A DNA stretch of 64,000 nucleotides. Source: an uncultured virus (IMG/VR IMGVR_UViG_3300025674_000026). Taxonomy: Duplodnaviria; Heunggongvirae; Uroviricota; Caudoviricetes. The DNA lies in the IMG/VR virus record IMGVR_UViG_3300025674_000026; one strand, 5' to 3'. The translations under genes were made by a program, and so were the position numbers. The notes under the pieces were generated by a model, which saw nothing but the letters and a program-made list of their open reading frames with translations, searched no databases and had not been told where the DNA came from. Below, piece by piece: positions 1 through 10,062 of this stretch (position 1 is its first letter; every line of letters starts with the position of its first letter).

Positions 1-1
1 T

Positions 2-3000
2 AAGGATAGATCCTTTAGTGATGCGGATCAGATTGAGTTCTTTGATTATGGCGTCATTACTGAGACCACTAGACAGGTTCCAGTTACCAGAACTATCTTC
101 CCAGACGAACTTGCCGCTCTCTACAATGGTCAGTTCTTCAGAACATTCCTTGCTGATGGTGGTACTGGAACTGGAAATTATGGCGGATTTAATGTTGGTA
201 GACATGTCAAGTTTGGTAATGCTACAAACTACCGTTATCTAGAATTTACTCTCGATACATCCAATTCTCCTGATATTTCCTTTGATATTATCAGAGGTAA
301 CTTTAGTAATGGTGGAGAAAGACCAGATCCAAATGAGGATCTATATCTCCAGTATTGGAATGGATCTGGATGGACCACCATACCAGGCAATTCCCCAAGT
401 GTTGGCGACAGTAGATTAGTCGATTGGAATGATACTACATTCGACACACTAAAAACTACAACTGTTAATCTACCTGCAGCAGCACAAAACGTTAATCAGA
501 GAATCAGAGTATATCAGAACTACTCTACTGGACCTCAGTGGGATCAGTATGGTATTACTCAGATTGTCCACAGAGTTGTTGAGACTCAACCCATTGAGTC
601 TCAAGATGATGGTGAATTACTCAGAAAACTCGGTGGTGGTCTGTTTGCTCATGCATATCAAGCAACAGGAACCGCTGCAGTCGATAGAGAAATCTATGTT
701 GATCAACTACCAGAAACTGGTAGACTTCTCTTTGCCTTCAGTACTACTGAACCTGAACTTCTTACCTATGCCCATGAGGCAACTGGTGGAATCAATATTA
801 CTGGTGAGAACTTCTTTAGTCAGGCTCCACAAAGTAGAGTATTTGGTCTAGAGGGAGAGTTTGAGTTCAGTGGATCTGCAGAAGAATCCTTCGTTCCCGC
901 TGAAGTTGAGGGAACTGGTCTCTTTGACATCACTGGTAGTGCCGTTGATAGGATTGAGATTCAAACTGGAGACAGGAAGGGTACATTCAGACCAACTGGA
1001 TTTGCTGCTGCATCTCTATCTGTTATTGCAGAGGAGAACACTGCAACATTCAGATTTACTGGTGCGACTGCGGATCCTGGTCTTGCATTCGGCAACGAAA
1101 CAACTGCTCTCTTCAATATTACTGGGGAGGCAGTAGGTCCAACTGCAACAGTATTTGTTCCACACTTCAGATCTTCGAAGGGCGATGTTATTCTCCCACC
1201 AGAAGATTGGGGATTCATCGCTCAGGCACCAGATCCTGCTCCTTACGGATACGAAGATTGGGGTTACGTCAGAGAAACCGCAACATCCTCTTACGTATTT
1301 GGAGATGTCAAGTCTGCCTTCAACTATATCCAGATCGGTGGACAACATTATCCAAGTCTCGATACCTTCTCAGTATCGACTTCCAAACTTATTATCGATA
1401 CGACGGAAGTTGCTGGAATTGTCACCCTCACTCTTTCCGATCGTGGTGTTCCAGAGAAGACATTCCAGTACGTTACCTCTGGTATTACTGGTATTGCCAC
1501 TTACAAAGCTGGCATCAACATCTTCGGTTACAACTGGTTCAGTCAGGCTCCACAACATACCGTATTCGGTCTCGAAGGCGGAATCACAATCAGTGGATCC
1601 AAAGACGAGGCATTTGCTCCATTCATTGAACCTCAGGGTGTTGTTGGTAACTTCAGTGTTATTTCTGGATCTGCTGAAGTTGAATCCTTCACTGCAGATG
1701 ACGTTGCAGTCGGTGACGTATATGTTGGTGGAATTGCTGATGTTGCATTCACGCCTACTCCTAAGGGATCTGGTACTATCACCCTCAGACAAGGTAGAGA
1801 AGAGGGTCAGACTTACATCAGAATTATTGATACACCAGAAGATGAATTTGGTGGTCTATTCAGAATCGTTGGTGGAGCAACAGGTGAGAAACAAACAGAT
1901 TCTTACAACCAGTCCTCTATCAGGTATGGCCAGGAAGATGTCGATTATGGCAACATTCTTGGAAGTCCAGTATACGGTCTCGATCTTTCTGCACAAGGTC
2001 TCGCAACTAATGCTGAAACCTTCGACGATGAGACCAATACTTATGACCAAGACGTACTCTTCAGCAACAGTGGTCTAACTTGGGATCAAAGTTCTGGCGG
2101 AGAGAACGTTGTTCCATCGTTCGATAAGACCGATTCCTTTGAATCTGACTTCTCTAACACATATAACTCTGAAGATTACGGCACACTTGAGGGTATTCCT
2201 CTTGTTGGTGGTCCAGATTATGATCAATATCTGTATCCCAACTTCACTGGATTCCTCGATCAGGATGGAATCAATAAGGGTTATGAAGATGCTGGTTGGA
2301 TTACCGAACCCTCTCAACAACCTTCAAGATACCCACTTTCTACTGGTGTTGCCCTCAGCTGGGGCGGTGGTGCTGTCAGAACACAATGGATTCCAGAATT
2401 TCCTGGTCAAGGTTCTATTCTTGTCGAAATTGCTGGTTCCGCAGCAGTCGAGAAAGTTGCCTTCGATACACCAGATTCTACACAACTATTCAGTGTTGGT
2501 GGATCTGCAACAGAGGCATTTGTCGCACAAACTCCAGAAGATACCCAACTCTTCACGATTTCTGGATCCCTCAAAGAATCCTTCACCGCAGATCAAGTTG
2601 GTGTCGGCACTGCAACGTTCAGTGGAATTGGAGTCGAGAAGGCAACCTTCGACGAAGTATTCTCTGGCATCACAACTATTTCTGGTGCTGCGATCGAAAG
2701 ATCCAGCATGGATCCACCAGAAGGCACATACCTCCATATTGTTGGTGGTGCTTACACCGATCTGTCTGCAACATTTGCGACTGTCACCACAAAGGCGACG
2801 ATGCGTCTCATTGGAGAACTTCGTCATCCAAACATCGACTACACTCCACACTACGGTATCGAAAGAAATATCGGTATCGAGACTGGATTTACATTATTGC
2901 CTGGATCTCCCACTGGAGAATACGGCAATCCTGGCATCGTCACAACCAGATTTATTCCTGATTATCCTGGCGATTCTGGCCCAATCGTACTCAAAGGCAA

Positions 3001-4432
3001 GGCAATTGGTCGTACCAATGCTCCTATTCTTACCGATGGTACGATCTACATTCTTGGTATTGGTACTGGTGCGAATGGTGTTATCGATCCCGATACTGGA
3101 AGAGGAGATCTCGATGGTGTCGAGTTTGGTTGTAAGGAACGCTTTATTCCTGCAACTGCTCGTGGTGGTCCTGGACTATTCTCCTTCAAGGGAATTGCAG
3201 AAACTGCTCCAATTCGTGTCTATGGATACTATGGAGACGATGCAGATCCTGGTGCTTCTGGAATCATTCGCATCAGAACCGAGAAAGACGAAACTCTCGA
3301 AAGAACAATCATCGAAGAGATTGCAGTTGGTACAATCTCTGTCAGTGGTGGTCATGTCGAAAAGGCTACCTTCTCCGAAATTGGTTCTGGAAGAATCTTC
3401 AAGTTTGCTTCTCTCGTCGAGAGAAATACTTTCTCCGAAGTTGGTGGTGGTTCTATCACTGCTTCTGGGTCTGCAACAGAGGCATTTGTCGCACAAACTC
3501 CAGAAGATACACAACTATTCACAATTTCTGGCGAAGCGAAGAAATCGCTTCTTCTCACCACAGACTTTGGTGGAACGATTACTCTCAGAACATCGTTCAA
3601 TCCTGTATCTGGAATCAGTCTCACCTCTCCTGCTGGTGGTACATTCAGTATCATTGGTGGCGCTGCGGAGTCTATTACGATTCCATCTATCACCAGCACT
3701 TCTCTGTTCAATGTTTCTGGTGTTGCAATCTCCAGAGAAATTGCTGTCTACGGATACTATGGAGACGACAAGGATCCTGGTACTTCTGGAACCATCACGA
3801 TTTCTGGAGAACTCACTCACCCAGATATCGACTTTACACCTGCATTTGGTGGAACGGGTCTTTACGAATTTTCTGGAGATGCTATCCAGAAATTCAATCC
3901 TGCAGTTGTTGGTCGTGGAACTGCAACTCTATCTGGCACTGCGACAGAGAAATTCGTCAGTGGCGCGGGCGAGGATACGATTCTCTTCCAGACTGGTGGT
4001 TCTGCAGAAACCGCTCTCAATTCCGTTTACGGATACTACGGCGACGATCGCGACCCAGGAACCTCGGGCACACTTACGTTCTCTGGCGCTTCGGAAGACA
4101 GAGAAATTGCCGTCTACGGATACTACGGAGACGACCGCGATCCAGGCACTTCTGGACAAATTACAATTTCTGGAAGACCTCTGGTTCATCCAGAAGTGGA
4201 CTTCACACCTGCGATTACAGGTACGGGTCTATTCAAGATTCGCGGAATTGCACAACCAGCAAGAGCATTCCCACCAGTTGTCGGAGTTGGAACTCTATTC
4301 AAACTTTCCAGCGGCGACGAAGCGTTCGCAAGAGCAACTTATGTCGGAATTGGTCAGTTCGGCTTCTTTGCTGCTGCTCAAACTGAGATTCTCAGATTTG
4401 AAGAGGGTAGAACATATGTAGTCATCATCTAA
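2..4432 (+). CDS. Giant virion structural/fibre-like protein, 5' truncated (>1476 aa), Gly/Thr/Ser-rich beta-repeats with a Reelin-subrepeat-like domain
   Basis: Frame +2 translated by hand is open from base 2 (KDRSFSDADQIEFF...) into the 2708..4432 ORF of the track, which simply starts at the first in-frame ATG. It has ~20 aa G-x-G-x-F-x-I-S-G-x-A-x-E repeats and four copies of YGYYGDDxDPGxSG. Confidence 0.8.
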   Translation, partial: KDRSFSDADQIEFFDYGVITETTRQVPVTRTIFPDELAALYNGQFFRTFLADGGTGTGNYGGFNVGRHVKFGNATNYRYLEFTLDTSNSPDISFDIIRGNFSNGGERPDPNEDLYLQYWNGSGWTTIPGNSPSVGDSRLVDWNDTTFDTLKTTTVNLPAAAQNVNQRIRVYQNYSTGPQWDQYGITQIVHRVVETQPIESQDDGELLRKLGGGLFAHAYQATGTAAVDREIYVDQLPETGRLLFAFSTTEPELLTYAHEATGGINITGENFFSQAPQSRVFGLEGEFEFSGSAEESFVPAEVEGTGLFDITGSAVDRIEIQTGDRKGTFRPTGFAAASLSVIAEENTATFRFTGATADPGLAFGNETTALFNITGEAVGPTATVFVPHFRSSKGDVILPPEDWGFIAQAPDPAPYGYEDWGYVRETATSSYVFGDVKSAFNYIQIGGQHYPSLDTFSVSTSKLIIDTTEVAGIVTLTLSDRGVPEKTFQYVTSGITGIATYKAGINIFGYNWFSQAPQHTVFGLEGGITISGSKDEAFAPFIEPQGVVGNFSVISGSAEVESFTADDVAVGDVYVGGIADVAFTPTPKGSGTITLRQGREEGQTYIRIIDTPEDEFGGLFRIVGGATGEKQTDSYNQSSIRYGQEDVDYGNILGSPVYGLDLSAQGLATNAETFDDETNTYDQDVLFSNSGLTWDQSSGGENVVPSFDKTDSFESDFSNTYNSEDYGTLEGIPLVGGPDYDQYLYPNFTGFLDQDGINKGYEDAGWITEPSQQPSRYPLSTGVALSWGGGAVRTQWIPEFPGQGSILVEIAGSAAVEKVAFDTPDSTQLFSVGGSATEAFVAQTPEDTQLFTISGSLKESFTADQVGVGTATFSGIGVEKATFDEVFSGITTISGAAIERSSMDPPEGTYLHIVGGAYTDLSATFATVTTKATMRLIGELRHPNIDYTPHYGIERNIGIETGFTLLPGSPTGEYGNPGIVTTRFIPDYPGDSGPIVLKGKAIGRTNAPILTDGTIYILGIGTGANGVIDPDTGRGDLDGVEFGCKERFIPATARGGPGLFSFKGIAETAPIRVYGYYGDDADPGASGIIRIRTEKDETLERTIIEEIAVGTISVSGGHVEKATFSEIGSGRIFKFASLVERNTFSEVGGGSITASGSATEAFVAQTPEDTQLFTISGEAKKSLLLTTDFGGTITLRTSFNPVSGISLTSPAGGTFSIIGGAAESITIPSITSTSLFNVSGVAISREIAVYGYYGDDKDPGTSGTITISGELTHPDIDFTPAFGGTGLYEFSGDAIQKFNPAVVGRGTATLSGTATEKFVSGAGEDTILFQTGGSAETALNSVYGYYGDDRDPGTSGTLTFSGASEDREIAVYGYYGDDRDPGTSGQITISGRPLVHPEVDFTPAITGTGLFKIRGIAQPARAFPPVVGVGTLFKLSSGDEAFARATYVGIGQFGFFAAAQTEILRFEEGRTYVVII
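2504..2544 (+). repeat. 41 bp perfect direct repeat, copy 1 (copy 2 at 3470-3510)
   Basis: tctgcaacagaggcatttgtcgcacaaactccagaagatac occurs at 2504 and 3470, in frame (SATEAFVAQTPED). Confidence 0.9.
3221..4156 (+). repeat. Four copies of a YGYYGDD(A/K/R)DPG(A/T)SG coding repeat
   Basis: Copies start at ~3221, 3749, 4028 and 4115. Three HPx(I/V)D(Y/F)TP motifs also occur in the same protein. Confidence 0.9.
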
Positions 4433-4437
4433 AATTG

Positions 4438-4445
4438 TATAAATA
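4438..4445 (+). promoter_or_regulatory. T4-type late (gp55) promoter TATAAATA
   Basis: Exact consensus in the intergenic gap before 4479. Confidence 0.8.
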
Positions 4446-4478
4446 ACTCAGAAGCATACCGTTCATGAGTTTTGAATC

Positions 4479-4937
4479 ATGACAAAACAGGTACAATTTA
4501 GAAAGGGAACTACCGCTGAACACTTTACGTTCACTGGTGCCCTTGCTGAGATTACTGTTGATACAGACAAGAATGTTGCTGTTGTTCATGATGGCGTAAC
4601 TCCTGGTGGATTTGAATTAACAAAGTCCAGATGGACATTTATTAGTGGAAACTATACTGCAGGAACAAACCAAAAGTACACAGTAGATTCAACAAACACC
4701 CCTGGTGGTTTTGACATCACCTTACCAACCCCCCGAGCAGTTGGTGACTGGGTATGGATTGAAGATTTTGCCAACTTTATGAGTATCAATCCAGTAAACA
4801 TCGTATCAACTTATCAATTTGAAAACGGTCATTTGGTAAGAGAAGAAGGTCCATTTATTATGGACGTTTCTGGTGCATCCGTAACCTTTATTTGGAATGG
4901 CTCATTATGGAAAGTCTTTAACAACAGAGGCAGTTAA
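4479..4937 (+). CDS. Tail fibre-associated protein with Mtd_N-like N-terminus and gp34-N-like C-terminal domain
   Basis: QVQFRKGTTAEH...GEITVDTDK-like...VVHDG motif; the C-terminal FDITLP...GDWVWIED domain resembles the C-terminus of the 1264 aa fibre. Confidence 0.7.
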   Translation: MTKQVQFRKGTTAEHFTFTGALAEITVDTDKNVAVVHDGVTPGGFELTKSRWTFISGNYTAGTNQKYTVDSTNTPGGFDITLPTPRAVGDWVWIEDFANFMSINPVNIVSTYQFENGHLVREEGPFIMDVSGASVTFIWNGSLWKVFNNRGS

Positions 4938-4939
4938 AC

Positions 4940-5344
4940 ATGGCACTAACCCTAAGTAATTCTATTTCTGGTGAGTTTTTACCATCAGAATCTTCTGGTT
5001 TTTTCGTATATGCACTGAGAAGAGATGCAGAGAATATGCTCTATCTCGCCAAGGTTAGTGCGGCAGGAACTGAGCTTGGAGAGTTTTATCGTGCAGATGG
5101 AACTGGTGTTCCTGAGTTTGGTGATGGTATTGACTACGGCACATACGACGCAGGTGTCGGAAAAACATCTGTCATTAGAAATGATATTGCCACTGAGAAG
5201 AAAGCTTTAGATGATCCGAATGATAAATATCAACAGATCCGCTTTGACAGAAGGAACCTCTACTATTACATAGATGATGATGGTTTTTTCGTCATCAGGT
5301 TCAACGGACCAGATTATGATTACAACTCTATCGGACCAAAATAA
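4940..5344 (+). CDS. Hypothetical virion-associated protein
   Basis: 134 aa ORF tightly packed in the late fibre operon. Confidence 0.7.
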   Translation: MALTLSNSISGEFLPSESSGFFVYALRRDAENMLYLAKVSAAGTELGEFYRADGTGVPEFGDGIDYGTYDAGVGKTSVIRNDIATEKKALDDPNDKYQQIRFDRRNLYYYIDDDGFFVIRFNGPDYDYNSIGPK

Positions 5345-5362
5345 TAATTAAAAGGAGAAACA

Positions 5363-8300
5363 ATGGCTGAGTTTAGACTTGGAAGAGTAAAATTCAACTG
5401 GACAGGCAATTGGACGCCTTCCAAATCCTACCTGATTGACGACATCGCTAAGTTTGGTGGTAACACTTATGTAGCGGTCGCTAACCATACCTCTGTCGCA
5501 AGCACTGCTGATTTTTACAGCGACCTTTCCAATTGGAATATCCACATTGAAGGTCTAGAGAACAGAGGTCTTTGGACGACCGATACTTACTACAGAATAA
5601 ACGATCTTGTCAGTTTCGGTAACGTAATATATCGTGTCACCGAGGCACATACTTCGGAAGGAACTTTCATCGACAGAACGAAAGTTCAGGAGTATGTTGC
5701 TGGATTTAAAGCAGAAGGTGAATGGGATAATGGTACTGAGTACCAACAGGGCGACGTTGTAAACTACAACGGTTCTTCTTATGTTGCACTTACTACCTCT
5801 ATTGCTGGATTTAACCCACCAGAAAACGTAGGTACAGGAACAGACGCAAAGTGGTCCATCCTTGCTGATGGTCTTGCAGGTGCTGCTATTACTTACACCG
5901 AAGGTACTTTCTATAGAGGTGACCTAGTTCAGTATGGTGGTAATATTTACCGTCACAAGGTTGGTGTTACAACAAACGTTTCTCCTTTCCAAGTTGGTAT
6001 TGGATCTGAAGGAGATCTGGCTCGTCAAGGGGGCGAGACTTGGGATCTCCTTGTCCAAGGGTTTAAGTTTGTTGGTAATTTCTCCACAACTTTTGCTTAT
6101 CACCCTGGACACATTGTAAGATATGGTTCTAACTCTTATCTGTCCGTTGGTAACTCCTTCTCCAATATTGACCCAGTTGTCGGTCTATCTACTTATTGGG
6201 AAACTCTAGCTGCTGGTGATTCTGCTGCTGCTCTTACCAATAAAGGTGATATTCTTACCTATAACTCTGGTCCATTCAGAATTGGTATTGGTTCTACTGG
6301 TTACGCTCTTGCTGTTCAAGGCGACGGTCTACCTGGATATGAGATCGTTGGTAACCAGACCAGAATCTACTATGTTGACTCCGAGGACGGTCTAGACACA
6401 AACAACGGTCTTGCACCTAACCTGGCATTTAAGACTATCAAACAGGCTTGCGTATCTGCACGTCCTGATAATGGTATTACTAATTTTGATTATACTGCAT
6501 CGACTGGTGTTGCAACCATTACTTCTCCTGGTCACAACCTGAGAAACACTGGTACGTTTATTCAATTGGCAGAAATTGAATTTGAATGTCTATCTGGAGG
6601 TAATGTCTTCAGTGTTCTGGGTATGCAATATGATCCATCTGTTGGTCTCGCAACCATCACCGCTATTGGTATTGGTAACGCACCAGAAGTTGGAATTGGC
6701 GCAACTGTCAGAATTAGAGACCTTCAGGTTCAATATGACGTAGGTGCTGGTGCAACAACAGGATTGTTCCCACAAGTTCATAAGCCTGGTATCTTTAACT
6801 ATAACGTTCAGGCAGTTCCTGATGCAAACTCGGTTGTTCTAAACGTCGGTATTTCTACAGTTGATTACCTCTACATTCAGCAGGGTGTTTCCTTCGTCGG
6901 TGTTACCACAACCATCTATCCCGATAAGGTTTCTAAGTCTTACTTTGAGGTTCTTGAAATTCAAGACGTTGACACCATTAGAGTTAACGTTGGTATCTCC
7001 TCCATTAACCACACTTACATCTCTGGTGGTCACCTAACTGACCTGACTCCTGCTATCCTGAAACTGTCTGCTTCTCAGTTCTATGAGCAGCTACCAATCA
7101 AGGTTCCTCCTTTTACCTCGATTATCGGTAACTCTCTGAGAGGTACTCAGGTTCTTCCTGCAGAGGGTGTTTCTGATGACGGAACAACACCAAACAACAG
7201 ATCCACCATGTTCATGATGTCTGACGCGACTACGCTTCAGGCAATGTCCATGAAGGGAATGGAAGGATTCTATTATGACGAACTCGCACCATTTGAGTTG
7301 GATAATTCCAACATCAGAACTGGTGTTGGTACTACCGCTGCTGGTATCGTTTGCTCCCTGAACCCAGATTCCCCAATCAATAACAAGTCTCCTTACGTTA
7401 AGGATTGTACCGTATTCTCCGACAACGCATCTGATTACGGCCGCTTCGGTGGTGGTGCAGTTGGTGTCTTCTGTGACGGTGGCATCCATGACGAAGGTGC
7501 AAAATCGATGGTCTTCGACTCCTTCACCCAGGTATCTTCCGATGGTGCTGGATTCATCCTCGATAGAAGTGCAATCGCTGAGATTGTTTCCTGCTTCACC
7601 TACTATTGTCAGTGGGGTTACTACTCTGGTGGTGGATCTAGAATCCGTTCCGTTGGTGGTAACAACTCCTACGGTGACTATGGTGTTATTGCATCTGGTT
7701 TCTCTACCGATGAGACTCCAAGACACGCAAGAGTCTTCGGTGAACTGATGACCGTTCTGGGTGCTAATAAGTCTGGAACACTCTCCATCGGTGCTACGAT
7801 GTTCGGTCAGACCTCTGGCGCTCGTGCATGGTACTTGAATGACCAGATTGCCGCAGACAAGATCTACATGAAGTACCAACCTGGTTATGGTTCGGTTGGT
7901 CTCGGAACCACTGGATTCGCAGATGGTGAGATTGTTTGGTTCGGTGCTGGTGGTGATGACGGTGCTGGTATCGGTTCTATTACCGTTTCCTCCGCTTCTT
8001 CTTCCATCAGTGGTCAGAAGGGTACTATCCTTGAGATTGATGATTACAGTGGAACTCTACTTGTCGGTGACGCAATTGGATTCACCACAACTGGTCTCTA
8101 TGGACCAGATGAGAGATTCTACATCATCAACACTGTTACTAACGTCTCGGCCGCAGTAACTTACACCTACTATGATGCTACTGCTGGATTGTCCACAGTT
8201 ATCTACAGTAACCGTGCTACCCTCACAATCTCTCCAGAGAAGACAGTTGGTACATGGGATACTAGAGAACTCGCAGGTCACGTTGGACGTGGTTCCACAA

Positions 8301-9157
8301 TCAACGTTAGAACCCTGTTCTCGCAGGCAAGACTAACTGGTCACGACTTCCTCTCTATCGGTACTGGTAACAAGGCAGAAACCAATTATCCTGATGTTGA
8401 TCAGACTCAGATCATCCAAGGTAACGAGACTAACGTCTTCGGTCCTGGTAAGGTGTTCTTCGTCTCCACTGACCAAGGTGGTAACTTCAGAGTTGGTCAA
8501 TTCTTCTCCGTTGACCAGTTGACTGGTCGTGCAACCCTGGACGCCTCCGCGTTCAACCTGTCTGGTCTGACAGAACTGAGACTGGGTGCGATCGGTGGTC
8601 AGGTCGGTGAGGCGATTAACGAATTCTCCTCTGACCCATTCATGTCTGGTGTATCCAACAGTGCATGTCCTACTGAGGCTGCAGTCGTCGGATTCCTCCG
8701 CCACGGTGCAATGGGTGTCGCCGCAATGACCCCTCCAGTTGGTACAACTGCACAAAGACCTGGTGGTGTTGATCAAGAGTTCAACACTGGTGCTCTGAGA
8801 TTTAACACCGACCTCGGTGCTCTTGAGTACTACGATGGTACTTCCTGGATCGCTCCTGGTAAGAAGGTCTATAGTACAGTTACCTCCACGCAGGCAGCTA
8901 GTGCAAAGGATAACGTCTACTTCTGTAACACCACTGGTGGTACATTTACCCTGACGCTACCTGCATCGCCTGACCTTGGTGATACCGTAAGATTCTACGA
9001 TATCGCTAAGACATTTGATTCCAACGCCTTGGTTGTTGGTAGAAATGGCAAACTGATCCAAGGAGACGCTTCTGACCTTACGGTCAACGTCGAAGGTGCC
9101 GCTTTCGAGTTAACTTTCGCGGGTGACTCCTTCGGTTGGAGACTCTTCTCCGTCTGA
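5363..9157 (+). CDS. Large tail fibre/structural protein (1264 aa) with CBM5/12-like repeats, probable beta-helix region and gp34-like C-terminal domain
   Basis: Strong AGGAG RBS; about six W/F-x5-Y-x2-(G/N/D)D-x-V-x-(F/Y)-G-x2-Y repeats; YYVDSEDGLDTNNG...AFKTIKQA pectin-lyase-type entry motif; PVGTTAQRP...GALRFNTD fibre motif. Confidence 0.8.
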   Translation: MAEFRLGRVKFNWTGNWTPSKSYLIDDIAKFGGNTYVAVANHTSVASTADFYSDLSNWNIHIEGLENRGLWTTDTYYRINDLVSFGNVIYRVTEAHTSEGTFIDRTKVQEYVAGFKAEGEWDNGTEYQQGDVVNYNGSSYVALTTSIAGFNPPENVGTGTDAKWSILADGLAGAAITYTEGTFYRGDLVQYGGNIYRHKVGVTTNVSPFQVGIGSEGDLARQGGETWDLLVQGFKFVGNFSTTFAYHPGHIVRYGSNSYLSVGNSFSNIDPVVGLSTYWETLAAGDSAAALTNKGDILTYNSGPFRIGIGSTGYALAVQGDGLPGYEIVGNQTRIYYVDSEDGLDTNNGLAPNLAFKTIKQACVSARPDNGITNFDYTASTGVATITSPGHNLRNTGTFIQLAEIEFECLSGGNVFSVLGMQYDPSVGLATITAIGIGNAPEVGIGATVRIRDLQVQYDVGAGATTGLFPQVHKPGIFNYNVQAVPDANSVVLNVGISTVDYLYIQQGVSFVGVTTTIYPDKVSKSYFEVLEIQDVDTIRVNVGISSINHTYISGGHLTDLTPAILKLSASQFYEQLPIKVPPFTSIIGNSLRGTQVLPAEGVSDDGTTPNNRSTMFMMSDATTLQAMSMKGMEGFYYDELAPFELDNSNIRTGVGTTAAGIVCSLNPDSPINNKSPYVKDCTVFSDNASDYGRFGGGAVGVFCDGGIHDEGAKSMVFDSFTQVSSDGAGFILDRSAIAEIVSCFTYYCQWGYYSGGGSRIRSVGGNNSYGDYGVIASGFSTDETPRHARVFGELMTVLGANKSGTLSIGATMFGQTSGARAWYLNDQIAADKIYMKYQPGYGSVGLGTTGFADGEIVWFGAGGDDGAGIGSITVSSASSSISGQKGTILEIDDYSGTLLVGDAIGFTTTGLYGPDERFYIINTVTNVSAAVTYTYYDATAGLSTVIYSNRATLTISPEKTVGTWDTRELAGHVGRGSTINVRTLFSQARLTGHDFLSIGTGNKAETNYPDVDQTQIIQGNETNVFGPGKVFFVSTDQGGNFRVGQFFSVDQLTGRATLDASAFNLSGLTELRLGAIGGQVGEAINEFSSDPFMSGVSNSACPTEAAVVGFLRHGAMGVAAMTPPVGTTAQRPGGVDQEFNTGALRFNTDLGALEYYDGTSWIAPGKKVYSTVTSTQAASAKDNVYFCNTTGGTFTLTLPASPDLGDTVRFYDIAKTFDSNALVVGRNGKLIQGDASDLTVNVEGAAFELTFAGDSFGWRLFSV

Positions 9158-9168
9158 TTCGGATTCTT

Positions 9169-9191
9169 GGGGGACCACAAGTCCCCCTTTT
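9169..9191 (+). terminator. Rho-independent terminator
   Basis: GGGGGAC-cacaa-GTCCCCC followed by TTTT. Confidence 0.8.
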
Positions 9192-9226
9192 ATCTCTTTG
9201 TAATACTCAGTTTTGATTATGTGTCT

Positions 9227-9233
9227 CTAAATA
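9227..9233 (+). promoter_or_regulatory. Late promoter variant (CTAAATA) for the Cys-rich trio
   Basis: TAAATA core between the terminator and the ATG at 9256. Confidence 0.6.
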
Positions 9234-9255
9234 CAATTACAAGAAAGGGTTGTAA

Positions 9256-10041
9256 ATGGCCAACTATAAATCATATAAGGTAATTTCCGCCGATCAAATA
9301 CCAGATGGAGTAATATCACTTGAGAAACTTCAAAGTGGTGTTGGTCCTACTTTTTGCGTAAAACATTTCCATGGATCTCCTGGAGCTTGTACATCTGGTT
9401 GTTGTTGTAATTATACAATGCCTTCAGGTGCTAGTAAAGCACACTGGGAGGCATGGGGTGCAGGTGGAAACGGACACGGATCGTGTTCTTGCAATAGATG
9501 TCACCACTTTCAAGGTGCTGCTGGGGGTACTTATAACTCCAAGTCAATCTCTACGGTAGGCGGTTGTTCTTATACAGTATGTGCTGCTGGAGTTTACCGT
9601 TGTTACTCTAGAGAGTGTAACGGATGTATTGGTTGTTCCTCCTATGTAAATGGACACAATTTGTCTAACTTCTGTGCTGTAGGTGGTGCAAGAGGTTGTG
9701 CTAATGGTGATTGGAGTGTTAGATGCTCTTCTTACTGGACCTGCTGTATTGCACCTGGTGCAAACGGTGGAGATTTTGGTATGGCACCTCACCAGTCTAA
9801 CTGGTCTGGTCACTGGAACTGCCATTGTACTGGTGCCGTTGGTCACACCTGTCAATCTGGTGCTCCATTCCTAGGAGTTGGCAATGAACAATATATGGAC
9901 CAATGCTGGGTTTCCTGCGGATGCTGGAGTGCTTCGTATGGATCTGGTGGATCGGGAGCACTAACGACATACTGCGGTAGTGGTCACTGTGGTCAAGGCG
10001 GCACTGGTGGCGGCGGTATTGTAAGACTCACCTTTATCTAA
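9256..10041 (+). CDS. Cys/Gly-rich protein, paralogue 1 (putative fibre-tip adhesin, glycine-rich domain)
   Basis: 261 aa with 27 Cys by my count; WGAGGNG...GAAGG...GxGGxGIVRLTF glycine-rich-domain pattern. Confidence 0.75.
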   Translation: MANYKSYKVISADQIPDGVISLEKLQSGVGPTFCVKHFHGSPGACTSGCCCNYTMPSGASKAHWEAWGAGGNGHGSCSCNRCHHFQGAAGGTYNSKSISTVGGCSYTVCAAGVYRCYSRECNGCIGCSSYVNGHNLSNFCAVGGARGCANGDWSVRCSSYWTCCIAPGANGGDFGMAPHQSNWSGHWNCHCTGAVGHTCQSGAPFLGVGNEQYMDQCWVSCGCWSASYGSGGSGALTTYCGSGHCGQGGTGGGGIVRLTFI

Positions 10042-10062
10042 TTCTGGAGATAAACGAAAAAA

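Noticed and set aside
3221..4156. Repeats as a CRISPR-like array
   Set aside because: They are in-frame coding repeats with synonymous variation and irregular spacing, and no cas genes are present.
2109..4421. 770 aa same-strand overlapping ORF in frame +3 (also 1155..2078)
   Set aside because: Shadow of the real frame +2 gene. Stops in this frame need NTA or NTG codons in the real gene, which it strongly avoids. The product is Leu/Ser/Gln-rich with no motifs.
2708..4432. 574 aa ORF treated as a complete gene
   Set aside because: The frame is open back to base 2, so the ATG at 2708 is internal.
7091..7879. Long minus-strand ORFs opposite the fibre, gp18, gp23 and gp43 genes (e.g. 7091..7879, 11044..11691, 59962..60639)
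   Set aside because: Antisense shadows of codon-biased genes, with no RBS or protein motifs.
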